A stretch of 58,817 nucleotides of DNA from Clostridiales bacterium. GTDB lineage: Bacteria > Bacillota > Clostridia > Christensenellales > UBA1750. Position numbers and translations under genes: made by a program. The first letter of the stretch is position 1. Each line of letters begins with the position of its first letter. The notes beneath the pieces were generated by a model. The model ran no database searches. It was not told where the DNA came from and saw nothing but the letters and a program-made list of their open reading frames with translations. Location: contig SVHB01000004.1 of assembly GCA_015056005.1 (NCBI GenBank), forward strand, positions 1-58,817, read 5' to 3'. Shown here piece by piece: positions 1 through 9,424 of this stretch.

Positions 1-466
1 AATCCATTTCCCTTTCAAGGAAGATGCAGGATATGCTGTCGTTTGCGGTAGATACTATAGCCGGCTTTTTGCCCGCTTTTATCATCGCGTCAAATATGGT
101 CTCGATCCTGATCACGGGCTTTGTATAACTCTGTATGCCGTGGACCTCGGGCTGCGCGCCGGTGTACATGGTGCCGAAGCAGACAGGGGTGACCGAGGGC
201 ATTACGCAGGCAAGGGGCAGGGTAATGCTCGTCCTTTCCTGAACGGGAATATAATAGGAAGAATATTTCTGATAAAGCCAGAGCGCGACAGCGTCGGGGT
301 TGTACATAAGAATCCTGTCAAAATTTCTGCCGCAGATCCTGTTTTTCATGGAAAGCAGAGCAGGGTTGCCCTCGTTTGCTTTTTCGGGAGCTTCAATGCC
401 CATAAGAGAGCAAAGAGCGGCGCAGACGCCATCGAGATTATAGGAATTGTAAACCTGATCGTTCAT
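1..466 (-). CDS. alkaline-phosphatase-superfamily protein (nucleotide pyrophosphatase/phosphodiesterase-like), N-terminal part; the gene continues past the window edge
   Basis: Absent from the ORF track because it is open to position 1. ATG at 464-466 follows an AAGGAAG SD. My translation is MNDQVYNSYNLDG...MPSVTPVCFGTMYTGAQPEVHGI, which carries the NPP-type nucleophile-Thr ... HG motif. No in-frame stop down to position 1. Confidence 0.6.
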   Translation of the reverse strand, partial: MNDQVYNSYNLDGVCAALCSLMGIEAPEKANEGNPALLSMKNRICGRNFDRILMYNPDAVALWLYQKYSSYYIPVQERTSITLPLACVMPSVTPVCFGTMYTGAQPEVHGIQSYTKPVIRIETIFDAMIKAGKKPAIVSTANDSISCIFLEREMD

Positions 467-729
467 ATTTATCTTCCTTTCTTTTTATTTGAGCAAAATA
501 GTTGCTGCAGGCTGTTCCGATAAAAGTTTTTATGCTTTTGGGCTTGATTTATTTCGCATTTGGTCTTATTCTCTAAAGAGAGTAGTTAACAATGATGAAA
601 TTTTTTTATTCTGTGGATCGAGTGTAAATATTATAACACAGTTTTATTGTTTTTTCACTATCATTTAAGCCGCTCTGTTACATGCATTGCTCCACGTTTT
701 AATATAAAAGAAAGGCGGAGAAGAATAAT

Positions 730-2355
730 ATGAAACTTCAAAGGGTTTTTGCACTGCTTCTGTGTGCGGCGCTTTTGCTTTGCGGCTGCTCAAACGGAGC
801 CAAAGAAGAAACGCAGATCACGGCTGTTGAGATCACACCGGATCCTGCTTATATCGGAAAAGACGGTGTTTTTGAATACCCAATGGAGCCGGTCACTTTG
901 AGCATCAATCTTGACCCGGTCGATCGCAGCACGATCCCTGCCTGGGCTCTTGAATATTATATCTGGGATATCATTGCCGAAAAGACCGGCGTTACCTTGG
1001 AGCGCATCGGCTCTTCGGGTCAGGGCGGCGGAAACAACGATGCGATCTATACCCTGATCGCCTCAGGTGATCTGCCCGATATTTTTCTGAATAATTGGTT
1101 TGCCTATTCAGACGGACCCGAAGACGCGATCAAGCATAATATAATCCTCAGGCTCAACGAGATATATTCCATGTATGCCCCGAACCTTACCAAGGTGCTT
1201 GAGGAAAACGAGAAGTGGGCAAAGGATACGGCAACGGACGACGGCACATATTATGTTTTCCCATTCCTTCGCTCTTCGGGCGGACAGTCCTCTTACGGCT
1301 TGGCTTACAGAAAAGATAAGCTTAATGAGTTTGATCTTGAGGTGCCCGAAACTCCAAGCGAGCTGGAAAATGTTTTAAGGGTGTTCAAGCAAAACGGCGA
1401 GGGCTGCGGATTGACTTTTGAATACCGCTATCTGTTCACGGGCGAACAGGGCTACGGCACCGCTCTTCAGTCGGGCTTCGGCATCAAATCCGGCTTCTAT
1501 ATCGAAGACGGCGCGGTTCATTTCGGTGAATGTGAACCCGCTTATGAGGAATTTGTTTCCTGGCTCAATAAACTGTATTTGGAAGGCCTGATCGACCCGG
1601 AAATGCCCTCTGTCGATAAAACCATCCTTCAGAACAAGTTTAGAAACGGTGATGCTCTGGCAGTTCTTATGGGTCCGGCTCAAAGCGCTGCGGAAGTAAG
1701 CGTATTCGGCGAAGGCTGGGAGATCGCAGGCGGTCCTTCGCTTACGCCTGAAAAAGGTACTGCGCCCAAGTTCGGTCATGCTGAGAATTCATATACCGGA
1801 GCCTCCTGCGCAGCCATCTCCACAGATTGTGAAAATATTGCGGCGGCAGCCCGTTTCCTTGACTGGTTCTATGCACAAGATAACCTTGAATTGTATCAGC
1901 GCGGCGTTGAGGGCTTTGCCTATGCGGTGGTCGACGGCGAATATACCCGCGATATCGATCACCTCATTCCCTTAGAAGGCGAAAACGCCGACAGCGTTTC
2001 AATGCGCATGCGCTATGCGCAGATATCCGGAAACTGGCCAATGAAGATGCTGGAAGGTATGAGTAGCTCGCCCGATGCCGCTTCTCCTCAGGAGAAAATC
2101 TTAGCGGCATGGAGCAATAACAATATGGCTGAGCATATCATGCCGCCCATAACTCTGACCCGAGACGAATCCTCCGATTACATCACTCTCTTTATGGATA
2201 TCGATACCTATATGAGAGAGCAGATCGCCCTGTTCATCACAGGCGTTCGCCCCATGTCGGAATTTGCCGATTTCACTCAGATGCTTGAAAAGCTTGGCGT
2301 GCAGCAGCTTATCTCGATCCAGCAATCCGCCTACGACCGCTATCTTGCGCGTTGA
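730..2355 (+). CDS. extracellular solute-binding lipoprotein, LplA-type sugar ABC transporter component (orphan paralogue)
   Basis: 541-aa ORF with an upstream SD AAAGGCGGAG. Lipoprotein signal MKLQRVFALLLCAALLLCGCS. Long blocks are identical to the ORF at 6745..8415 (WALEYYIWDI, AEKTGVTLER, WAKDTATDDGTYYVFP, GLTFEYR.LFTGEQGYGT). Confidence 0.85.
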   Translation: MKLQRVFALLLCAALLLCGCSNGAKEETQITAVEITPDPAYIGKDGVFEYPMEPVTLSINLDPVDRSTIPAWALEYYIWDIIAEKTGVTLERIGSSGQGGGNNDAIYTLIASGDLPDIFLNNWFAYSDGPEDAIKHNIILRLNEIYSMYAPNLTKVLEENEKWAKDTATDDGTYYVFPFLRSSGGQSSYGLAYRKDKLNEFDLEVPETPSELENVLRVFKQNGEGCGLTFEYRYLFTGEQGYGTALQSGFGIKSGFYIEDGAVHFGECEPAYEEFVSWLNKLYLEGLIDPEMPSVDKTILQNKFRNGDALAVLMGPAQSAAEVSVFGEGWEIAGGPSLTPEKGTAPKFGHAENSYTGASCAAISTDCENIAAAARFLDWFYAQDNLELYQRGVEGFAYAVVDGEYTRDIDHLIPLEGENADSVSMRMRYAQISGNWPMKMLEGMSSSPDAASPQEKILAAWSNNNMAEHIMPPITLTRDESSDYITLFMDIDTYMREQIALFITGVRPMSEFADFTQMLEKLGVQQLISIQQSAYDRYLAR

Positions 2356-2363
2356 TGAAAAAG

Positions 2364-2398
2364 CAAAACAGGTGAGAATCTTCTCACCTGTTTTTTTG
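2364..2398. terminator. bidirectional rho-independent terminator between convergent genes
   Basis: Stem CAGGTGAGA / TCTCACCTG (2369-2377 / 2382-2390), flanked by an A-run on the left and TTTTTTT on the right. Confidence 0.8.
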
Positions 2399-2442
2399 TT
2401 GCGATTATCCCGGATAGCAGATGATATGATCGACAATGCCTG

Positions 2443-4740
2443 CTATCTCTTTTTGTTTTCTTCGATATATTTGCCGGGGGAGATGCCTTCATATCGCTTG
2501 AATATTCTGGCTAAGGTAAGGGCGGAATTGAGCCCGACCGCCTCTGCGGTCTTTTCCACCGTCGCTTTGGGCTCTAAAAGCAGCTGCTTTGCCTTTTCAA
2601 GCCTTATCGTGCTTATGTGGTGCAGAAGCCCTTCGCCCGTGGAGTTTTTGAAGGCAACGTAAATATAATTTCTTGATCTGTTGAATTTTTCGCAGATGCT
2701 GTCGATGCTCAGGGTCGGGTCTGCGTAATTTTCGCGGATGTAGGCAAGCACGTCCTCGCAGAACTTATCCTGTGAATCGCCGCGCTTTACCTTGCATTCG
2801 CGGTTTACTATCGTGAATATCTCAAACAGCGAAGCCTTCAGCTCATCGCGCCCTGCCTTGTACATGTGGGAGAGCAGATAGCCTATCCTTTGTTCGGTCT
2901 CGATATCGCTGCCGGTGTTCTGGTATATCCTCAGCGCCGTTGCCGCCATATCGTAAGATAGGCACCTGAGCAGTATTCCCGCAAATTCTCCGCAGTTGTT
3001 TTCTGCCCAGAGCTCGTCCAAAAGGACTGCAAGCTCTTCCTCGGTGCCGTGGAGCAAAAGGTTTGAAAGCCTTGTATCGTCGGTTATCTGGTAATGATAC
3101 TTGATCAGGGAGGTATGTCCGCTTGAAGAATCATCGCTGGCTTCATTGTGTATGAGGGTGTAGCGCAGTGCAAATATCGCTTCTCTGTAGGCATCGGCGG
3201 CACCCGCAAATCCGGTATGCACGGCGCTGCTCATGCAGATAAGCTGTTCGTCGTAATTGTTTTCCCATGATACGGTGAAATTGTAAATAGTGTTAGCCGC
3301 AAGATCGGAGAAGCCGATCTCGATAGACGCATCCATGTTCATTACGATTATAAACATATTATCGCTTGTAAGGTATCGCACGTCGATACCTTTTTCTGCA
3401 AGCTCGACTCTGCATTTTTCAGCAAGCACGATAAGGAAAACATCCTGCTCGCTTGAAAGCGGGAGCTCGTTTTCTATAGAAAAGACGAGCACGCCAAAGC
3501 GGTCATGTTTAAACGCGAGCTCCATTAGCTTATCCTCATCGGGCAGGTTGTCTTCCGAGGCGTTTAAGAGCATGGCAAGGTATGAGTCCTGAAGTTTCCT
3601 GTCCTTGACCTGCAGTGTTGTGGTCATATGGCTCACCGTCTGCTGAGAGCGCTCGACCGCATCTCGTATAAGGGAAAGCTCGCTGTCGTTTTTGCCGATA
3701 TCGCCTGTTGCTATCATATCTCGTATCTCCATTAAAGGAGAAGCGTTCCTGACCGCAAAGCGCATGGTGGAAAACGCAGCCATCAAAAAGGTTATGAGTA
3801 TGCTTATGCCGCAGATGATAAGCAGCATGGAAGCGCTGTAGGAATTCGCGCTGTTTGAGGCATAAAGCGCGTAATAGATGTTCATATGCTCGCTGCGGGT
3901 CAAGAACAGCGAACCGTGCGAGGTGGATATCATCTCGTCGCAGCCGTCAAGGGCAAGCTGGGAGAACGCAGTTTCTTCCAATATATTACCCCATACGGAG
4001 TAATCGCTGGAGACAAAGACCGTTCCGTCCGCAAGCACGATAGCGATTGAAACTCCCTCGTCAAGCTCAATGTTTTTGAGCATCTTTGCCATGCTCGTGC
4101 CCTGTACCGAAAAATATGCCTGAACGCTTGAATTGTCGGTGTTTGAATCAGCCAGCATAAAATACAGCTCGTTTGAACTGCCTGTATGCGGTTCTGCTGA
4201 GTTTGTCATAAGAACAAATGCGTCGCCGGAGTTTCTGTTATAGAAGTATTCATGCCATTCGGAAAAATCGGGCATGTAATCCTTGTAGCTTGCGGTGTGG
4301 ATGGCAGGAGAGTAGGAAAGCGTTTCTGTGGTGACTATATAATCGTGATTGGGGAAATAGAGGTGGATATCGCTGATGAAGCTGTTTAATTGAATGTAGG
4401 TTTTCATCTGCGAAATGATGTCTATCTTATCCTGCGAATACGCAATATCGTCTATATCTGTGGAACGTGAAAGCCGCTCGACCTTTCTGTCGTCAAGGTA
4501 TTTTATGAGCACTGTCTGCGCGTCGGAGAGGTTCATATCAAAGGATGCGCCGATCTGGTTTATGAGCACCGAATACGCTTGATCTGCGCGCTGCCTAAAC
4601 TGCATTCTTGATATCTGATAGGTTATCACGCCGAATAAAACGGATATACAGATAAAAAGCGCGATCGTTCGCGCCCAGAGCATGATTATGCTGTTCTTAT
4701 TGGGCGTATCTTTAATATACTTTATAAGTTTTGATATCAA
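2443..4740 (-). CDS. membrane-anchored AraC/XylS-family transcriptional regulator with an extracytoplasmic sensor domain
   Basis: 765 aa. N-terminal TM helix (IIMLWARTIALFICISVLFGVITY), a roughly 270-aa outside segment, and a second TM helix (LLIICGISILITFLMAAF). The C-terminal double HTH is typical of AraC (LSIDSICEKFNRSRNYIYVAFK ... TAEAVGLNSALTLARIFKRYEGISPGKY). Confidence 0.85.
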   Translation of the reverse strand: MISKLIKYIKDTPNKNSIIMLWARTIALFICISVLFGVITYQISRMQFRQRADQAYSVLINQIGASFDMNLSDAQTVLIKYLDDRKVERLSRSTDIDDIAYSQDKIDIISQMKTYIQLNSFISDIHLYFPNHDYIVTTETLSYSPAIHTASYKDYMPDFSEWHEYFYNRNSGDAFVLMTNSAEPHTGSSNELYFMLADSNTDNSSVQAYFSVQGTSMAKMLKNIELDEGVSIAIVLADGTVFVSSDYSVWGNILEETAFSQLALDGCDEMISTSHGSLFLTRSEHMNIYYALYASNSANSYSASMLLIICGISILITFLMAAFSTMRFAVRNASPLMEIRDMIATGDIGKNDSELSLIRDAVERSQQTVSHMTTTLQVKDRKLQDSYLAMLLNASEDNLPDEDKLMELAFKHDRFGVLVFSIENELPLSSEQDVFLIVLAEKCRVELAEKGIDVRYLTSDNMFIIVMNMDASIEIGFSDLAANTIYNFTVSWENNYDEQLICMSSAVHTGFAGAADAYREAIFALRYTLIHNEASDDSSSGHTSLIKYHYQITDDTRLSNLLLHGTEEELAVLLDELWAENNCGEFAGILLRCLSYDMAATALRIYQNTGSDIETEQRIGYLLSHMYKAGRDELKASLFEIFTIVNRECKVKRGDSQDKFCEDVLAYIRENYADPTLSIDSICEKFNRSRNYIYVAFKNSTGEGLLHHISTIRLEKAKQLLLEPKATVEKTAEAVGLNSALTLARIFKRYEGISPGKYIEENKKR

Positions 4741-5048
4741 GATGCTCGCCCTCTTTCAAATTGATTCTATGCTGATCTTTAAGTATGCCGTTTGCATATA
4801 TGCATTATAGCATAATTCGACGTTCTTTTACAGTGTCAAATCGATCCAATGGGGGAGTAAAGTTCAAATTGCTTGTGAAAATGCAAATTGATAAACAAAT
4901 TGAATCGTAAAGTTGAAATTGATAATTTATTGCGTTCAAAAAATCAGATAAAATTGTTGTATCAATAAAACCCAATACCTTGTTTCACCCGTTAAGATCA
5001 TTAAGCGCTTTAGTGGTTATATTCTCATTATCTAAAGGGGGGGTCTTG

Positions 5049-6659
5049 ATGAACACTATCTTCAAGGATAAAAACGGCAAGCCGATCTATGTGCTTGGTC
5101 TTCAGGCGCACAACTCCAGCAACGGCTGCTGGGAGATGATTGACTCGGCGATCGAGGCTGTCAAAAAATACCACGGAAATACACTGGAGGTTCCCGTGTA
5201 CTGGTATCAGCTTGAACCCGAAGAGGGCAAGTACGATACCTCCATGGTAAAGGAACTGATAAGAAGGGTACGCGCAGGCGGTCTTCACCTCGTCATCCTC
5301 TGGTTCGGCTTTTCCAAGAACGCGGACATTACCTATATGCCCGAGTGGGTCAAGGCGGATCCCGAGAAATACTGGATGGCAATGGGGCTTGACGGCGTGG
5401 TCACCGCTCAGATATCTCCCTTCTGCGATGCCTGCATCGAGGCGGACAAAAAAGCTTTCGTGGAAATGATGAAGGCAGTCAAGGAAGTTGACGAACAGGA
5501 GCGCACCGTTATCGCAGTGCAGGTCGAAAACGAGATCGGCATCTATCCTCTTGACCGCTGCTATTCCAAGGCAGCTCAAAGGGCCTTTGACCTTGGCGTT
5601 CCCGATGAGCTGATGGATCTTACGATAGAGGATTCCGGCGCAAAGGACGAGGGCAGGGATTGGTACGACCACTTCGGACGCCACGCTCACGAGGCCTTCA
5701 CGAGCTGGTATTTTGCAAAGGCTATCGAAAAGATCGCTTCTGCGGGCAAGGCTGTATATGACCTTCCCATGTACATGAACGCCGTAGTAGGCGAGCTCAG
5801 GCAGGAGCTGGCGGGTCAGAGCTATTCCTCCGGCAGCCCCGTAGGCAGGGTCATCGATATCTATAAGCGCGGCGCGCCCTCTATCTGCAACTGCGCTCCC
5901 GATATTTACCTTGCGCACAAATCCGGCTATCTGAGGATCTGCAAATCTCATGCAAGGCCCGATAACCCCCTGTTTATCCCCGAGACCGGCACCGGCGGCG
6001 ATAATTTTGCCATCAACCTGATCCACGCGGCCGGCGATTTCGGCGCGATCGGCATCTGCGGTTTTGGCGCGGAGCATACCATCGATACCAAAGGCGAGCT
6101 TACGGAGGATTCCAAAAAGGTTGCCACAACCATGCAGATCATCGAGAGGATGTCGCCGATCCTTCTCAAACACGGCGGCACCGACAAGATCTTCTGCATC
6201 TCTCAGGAAGAGGGTCAGCAGCTGCAGTATGTGAAGAGGGAGAAGTTCCACATCACCTTCAACTTCACTACCGTCAACGGCAAAGGTTATAAGCTCGGAC
6301 GCAATATGCGCCCCGGCAGAGCCCTCAACGACGATCCGGATATGTTTGATCAGCGCGGCAGAGCCCTCATCTATGAGGCAAGCCCCTATGAATACTTCAT
6401 CTCCGGCGTCGGCTTCACTGCAAGGTTTTTGCGCAGGTCCGATCCCTACGACAAAGCCCCTTATCTTACCTACCAGTCCCGCTCCGCAACCGAGCTTTGC
6501 GCCCTCACCGTCGAGGAAGGTCATTTTGACTGCGAAGGCAATTGGGTATGCGAATTCGTAAGGCGCGGCGACGAGCTTGACTGCGGCGCGTTCTGCTACC
6601 CCGGCATCGTGCTTAGAGTAAAGCTCAACGAAAAGCCCCTCCACGGCTACGATCACTGA
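5049..6659 (+). CDS. cytoplasmic clan GH-A glycoside hydrolase, GH35-like / DUF5597-type beta-galactosidase family
   Basis: ORF 4980..6659. I moved the start to ATG 5049, which follows the SD AAAGGGGGGG. N-terminal GKPIYVLGLQAHNSS and the VENEIG acid/base-type motif. No signal peptide. Confidence 0.7.
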   Translation: MNTIFKDKNGKPIYVLGLQAHNSSNGCWEMIDSAIEAVKKYHGNTLEVPVYWYQLEPEEGKYDTSMVKELIRRVRAGGLHLVILWFGFSKNADITYMPEWVKADPEKYWMAMGLDGVVTAQISPFCDACIEADKKAFVEMMKAVKEVDEQERTVIAVQVENEIGIYPLDRCYSKAAQRAFDLGVPDELMDLTIEDSGAKDEGRDWYDHFGRHAHEAFTSWYFAKAIEKIASAGKAVYDLPMYMNAVVGELRQELAGQSYSSGSPVGRVIDIYKRGAPSICNCAPDIYLAHKSGYLRICKSHARPDNPLFIPETGTGGDNFAINLIHAAGDFGAIGICGFGAEHTIDTKGELTEDSKKVATTMQIIERMSPILLKHGGTDKIFCISQEEGQQLQYVKREKFHITFNFTTVNGKGYKLGRNMRPGRALNDDPDMFDQRGRALIYEASPYEYFISGVGFTARFLRRSDPYDKAPYLTYQSRSATELCALTVEEGHFDCEGNWVCEFVRRGDELDCGAFCYPGIVLRVKLNEKPLHGYDH

Positions 6660-6744
6660 TCCCTTGCCTGATTGGCGATCACAAGTGGAAAACACAGGTT
6701 ATCACCCTTTTGGGAGATAAAATAAATGAAAGGCAGAGAGAATC

Positions 6745-8415
6745 ATGAAGAAACTTTCCAAGCTTCTTGTAGTGCTTCTGGCTATGGCTCTGGTCATGTG
6801 CGGCTGCGCAAGCGATACCGGTGATACCGGCACTGCTTCCGGCACCACTTCCGGTTCCTCCACTGGCACTACCACCGGCACCACTTCCGGTACCACCACC
6901 GGCACCACCGACGCAGGTACTGCCGATGCGTTCACCTATCCCATGGAACCCATCACCCTTTCCGTCAACATCGACGAAGTCGACCGTGAATCCATCCCGG
7001 ATTGGGCTCTTGAGTACTACATTTGGGACATCGTTGCCGAAAAGACCGGCGTTACCCTTGAGCGTGTAGGCGCTTCCGGTCAGGGCGGCGGCAACACCGA
7101 AGATATCGCTCTGATGATCGCTTCCGGCGAGCTTCCCGACATCTTCATCAACAACTGGCTCTCCTATCCCGGCGGCCCCGAAGCTGCTATCAAGCAGAAC
7201 CTGATCTTAAAGCTCAACGACATCTACACTCAGTATGCTCCCAACTATTCCAAGGTGCTTGCTGAGAACGAGCGCTGGGCTAAGGATACCGCTACCGACG
7301 ACGGCACCTATTACGTATTCCCCCTGCTGCGTGCAGCACGTGACCAGACCTTCTACGGCTTCGGCTATCGTCAGGATAAGCTCGACGAGTTCGGTCTCAC
7401 CGTTCCCACCACTCCCGATGAGCTCGAAAACGTTCTCCGCGTTTTCCAGCAGAACGGCGCTGAGTGCGGTCTGACCTTCGAATATCGCTTCCTGTTCACC
7501 GGTGAGCAGGGCTACGGCACCGACCTCCAGTCCGGTTTCGGTCTGAAGTCCGGCTTCTATGTAGACGAAGGCAAGGTTCATTTCGGCGAAGCTGAACCCG
7601 CTTACAAGGATTTCATCACCTGGATCAACAAGCTCTATACCGAAGGCCTGATCGACCCCGACATGCCCTCCATCGACAAGGCAACCTCTCTTGCTAAGTT
7701 CTCCAACGGCACTTCCTGGGCTGCTCTGATCATGTCCACCATCAACGTTGCAGAACCCGGTGAGATCAACGACGGTTGGGACACCGTTGGCGGTCCCGCT
7801 CTGGCAACCGCTAAGGGCGAAACTCCCCAGTTCGGTCACATGCAGAACTCCTACGCAGGCAACGCTTCCGCCGCTATCTCCACCGACTGCGAAAACGTTG
7901 AAGCAGCTGCCCGTTACCTTGACTGGTTCTACGGCGAAGACAACCTTGCTACCTATCAGCACGGCGTTGAAGGCTTTGCCTACGCTATCGTTGATGGCGA
8001 ATATACCCGTGCAATGGAACACCTCATCCCCATCGAGGGTGAAGGCGCTGACCAGGTAAAGACCCGTATGAGCTACTCTCATATCGGTACCAACTGGCCC
8101 ATGAAGATGCTCGACGGCATGAGCCACGATCTTGAGATGTATGATTCTCAGAAGCAGATCGGCGAAGCATGGCGTGCACACAACATGGCTGAGCACATCC
8201 TGCCTCCTGTAACCATGACTCAGGACGAAGCAAACGAATATGCAATGCTCTTCACCGACATCGATACCTACATGAGAGAGCAGATCGCCATGTTCATCAT
8301 CGGCACTCGTCCCATGACCGAATTTGACGACTTCCAGAACACTCTCAAGCAGCTGGGCGTAGATCGCGTTATCGAGATCCAGCAGGCCGCTTACGACCGT
8401 TATCTGGCTCGCTAA
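6745..8415 (+). CDS. extracellular solute-binding lipoprotein of the sugar ABC transporter (LplA type)
   Basis: 556 aa. Lipobox LVMCGCAS followed by a Thr/Gly/Ser-rich linker. Paralogue of 730..2355. Lies directly upstream of two permease genes. Confidence 0.9.
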   Translation: MKKLSKLLVVLLAMALVMCGCASDTGDTGTASGTTSGSSTGTTTGTTSGTTTGTTDAGTADAFTYPMEPITLSVNIDEVDRESIPDWALEYYIWDIVAEKTGVTLERVGASGQGGGNTEDIALMIASGELPDIFINNWLSYPGGPEAAIKQNLILKLNDIYTQYAPNYSKVLAENERWAKDTATDDGTYYVFPLLRAARDQTFYGFGYRQDKLDEFGLTVPTTPDELENVLRVFQQNGAECGLTFEYRFLFTGEQGYGTDLQSGFGLKSGFYVDEGKVHFGEAEPAYKDFITWINKLYTEGLIDPDMPSIDKATSLAKFSNGTSWAALIMSTINVAEPGEINDGWDTVGGPALATAKGETPQFGHMQNSYAGNASAAISTDCENVEAAARYLDWFYGEDNLATYQHGVEGFAYAIVDGEYTRAMEHLIPIEGEGADQVKTRMSYSHIGTNWPMKMLDGMSHDLEMYDSQKQIGEAWRAHNMAEHILPPVTMTQDEANEYAMLFTDIDTYMREQIAMFIIGTRPMTEFDDFQNTLKQLGVDRVIEIQQAAYDRYLAR

Positions 8416-8433
8416 TCAAACATATAAAATGCA

Positions 8434-8465
8434 CAGGGGAGAGTTTATCTCTCCCCGGCTTTTAT
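8434..8465 (+). terminator. intra-operon hairpin / partial terminator after the binding-protein gene
   Basis: GGGGAGAG-TTTAT-CTCTCCCC (8436-8456) followed by GGCTTTTA. Confidence 0.6.
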
Positions 8466-8485
8466 CTTAAAGAGGAGGAAACCAC

Positions 8486-9412
8486 ATGCGCAAATTCAAC
8501 AGCGCTTCCATCAAAAGGGACTGGAAGTGGAACTGGCCTCTTTATGTCATGATGATCCCCGCAGTGGTCTTTTACATCATGTTCGCCTATATTCCCATGT
8601 TCGGCAACATCATGGCATTCAAAGAATTCGTTCCCGGTGTGGGCATACAGGGCTTTTTCATCGGCGAATGGGTCGGCCTTAAATACTTCAAACAGTTCAT
8701 CGAAGGTATATATTTCTGGAGACTTATCAGAAATACCGTTCTTATAAGCCTTTACAACCTCATCTTTTCTTTCCCTGCTCCCATCATTCTGGCAATACTG
8801 CTTTCAGAGCTTCCTTTCAAGGGCTATAAGCGCGTGGTGCAGACCATCACCTATCTGCCCCATTTCGTATCAACCGTTGTTATCTGCGGTCTTATCGTAA
8901 ACTTCTCTCTTTCCACCGGTCTGTTCAACGATTTTATTGAGCTTTTCGGCGGAAGCAGAGTACCGCTTCTGCAGGATCCCAAGTATTTCCGCACCATTTA
9001 TGTTGCGTCGGGTATCTGGCAGGGCATCGGCTGGGGCTCCATCATCTACCTTTCCGCTATCGCCGGTATAGACGCTTCCCTTTATGAAGCCGCTGTTATA
9101 GACGGCGCAAACAAGTTCCAGCAGATCATAAACATCACGATCCCTTCCATCATGTCGACCATCATCATCATGTTCATTCTTCAGATCGGTCAGATGATGA
9201 ACGTCGGTTCTGAAAAGATCATGCTTCTGTATAACCCCTCCATCTATGAGACCTCCGATGTTATTTCAACTTATGTTTACCGTATCGGTCTTGTCCAGAT
9301 GAACTGGTCGTTCTCCGCAGCCGTCGATCTTTTCAATAAGGTCATTAACTTCATACTTCTTATCACCGCCAACGATATCAGCAAGCGCGTGAGCGAAGTA
9401 TCTCTTATGTAA
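8486..9412 (+). CDS. carbohydrate ABC transporter permease (LplB-like)
   Basis: 308 aa, multi-pass membrane protein. EAA-type loop AAVIDGANKFQQIINITIP. Confidence 0.9.
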   Translation: MRKFNSASIKRDWKWNWPLYVMMIPAVVFYIMFAYIPMFGNIMAFKEFVPGVGIQGFFIGEWVGLKYFKQFIEGIYFWRLIRNTVLISLYNLIFSFPAPIILAILLSELPFKGYKRVVQTITYLPHFVSTVVICGLIVNFSLSTGLFNDFIELFGGSRVPLLQDPKYFRTIYVASGIWQGIGWGSIIYLSAIAGIDASLYEAAVIDGANKFQQIINITIPSIMSTIIIMFILQIGQMMNVGSEKIMLLYNPSIYETSDVISTYVYRIGLVQMNWSFSAAVDLFNKVINFILLITANDISKRVSEVSLM

Positions 9413-9424
9413 GGAGGTGCGGTA

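Noticed and set aside
140-523. A 127-aa plus-strand ORF at the left edge.
   Set aside because: It is antisense to the better-supported minus-strand phosphodiesterase-like gene (1..466), which has an SD and a family motif.
5028-6695. A 555-aa ORF fully antisense to the GH35-like gene. Similar long antisense ORFs include 7207..8196, 10384..11394, 11921..12982, 14391..15470, 16230..17447, 21512..22678, 24224..25789, 28190..28999, 29578..30408, 37251..37982, 38049..38747, 39416..40273, 40753..41961, 44953..45669, 47127..48047, 52763..53635, 55028..56020, 56629..57579 and 57632..58528.
   Set aside because: In each case the sense partner carries clear family motifs and an SD. The antisense products are low-complexity (Gly/Ala/Val/Asp/His-rich) with no motifs or ribosome-binding sites. 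This is the usual shadow-ORF effect of codon bias that depletes stop codons in the opposite frame.
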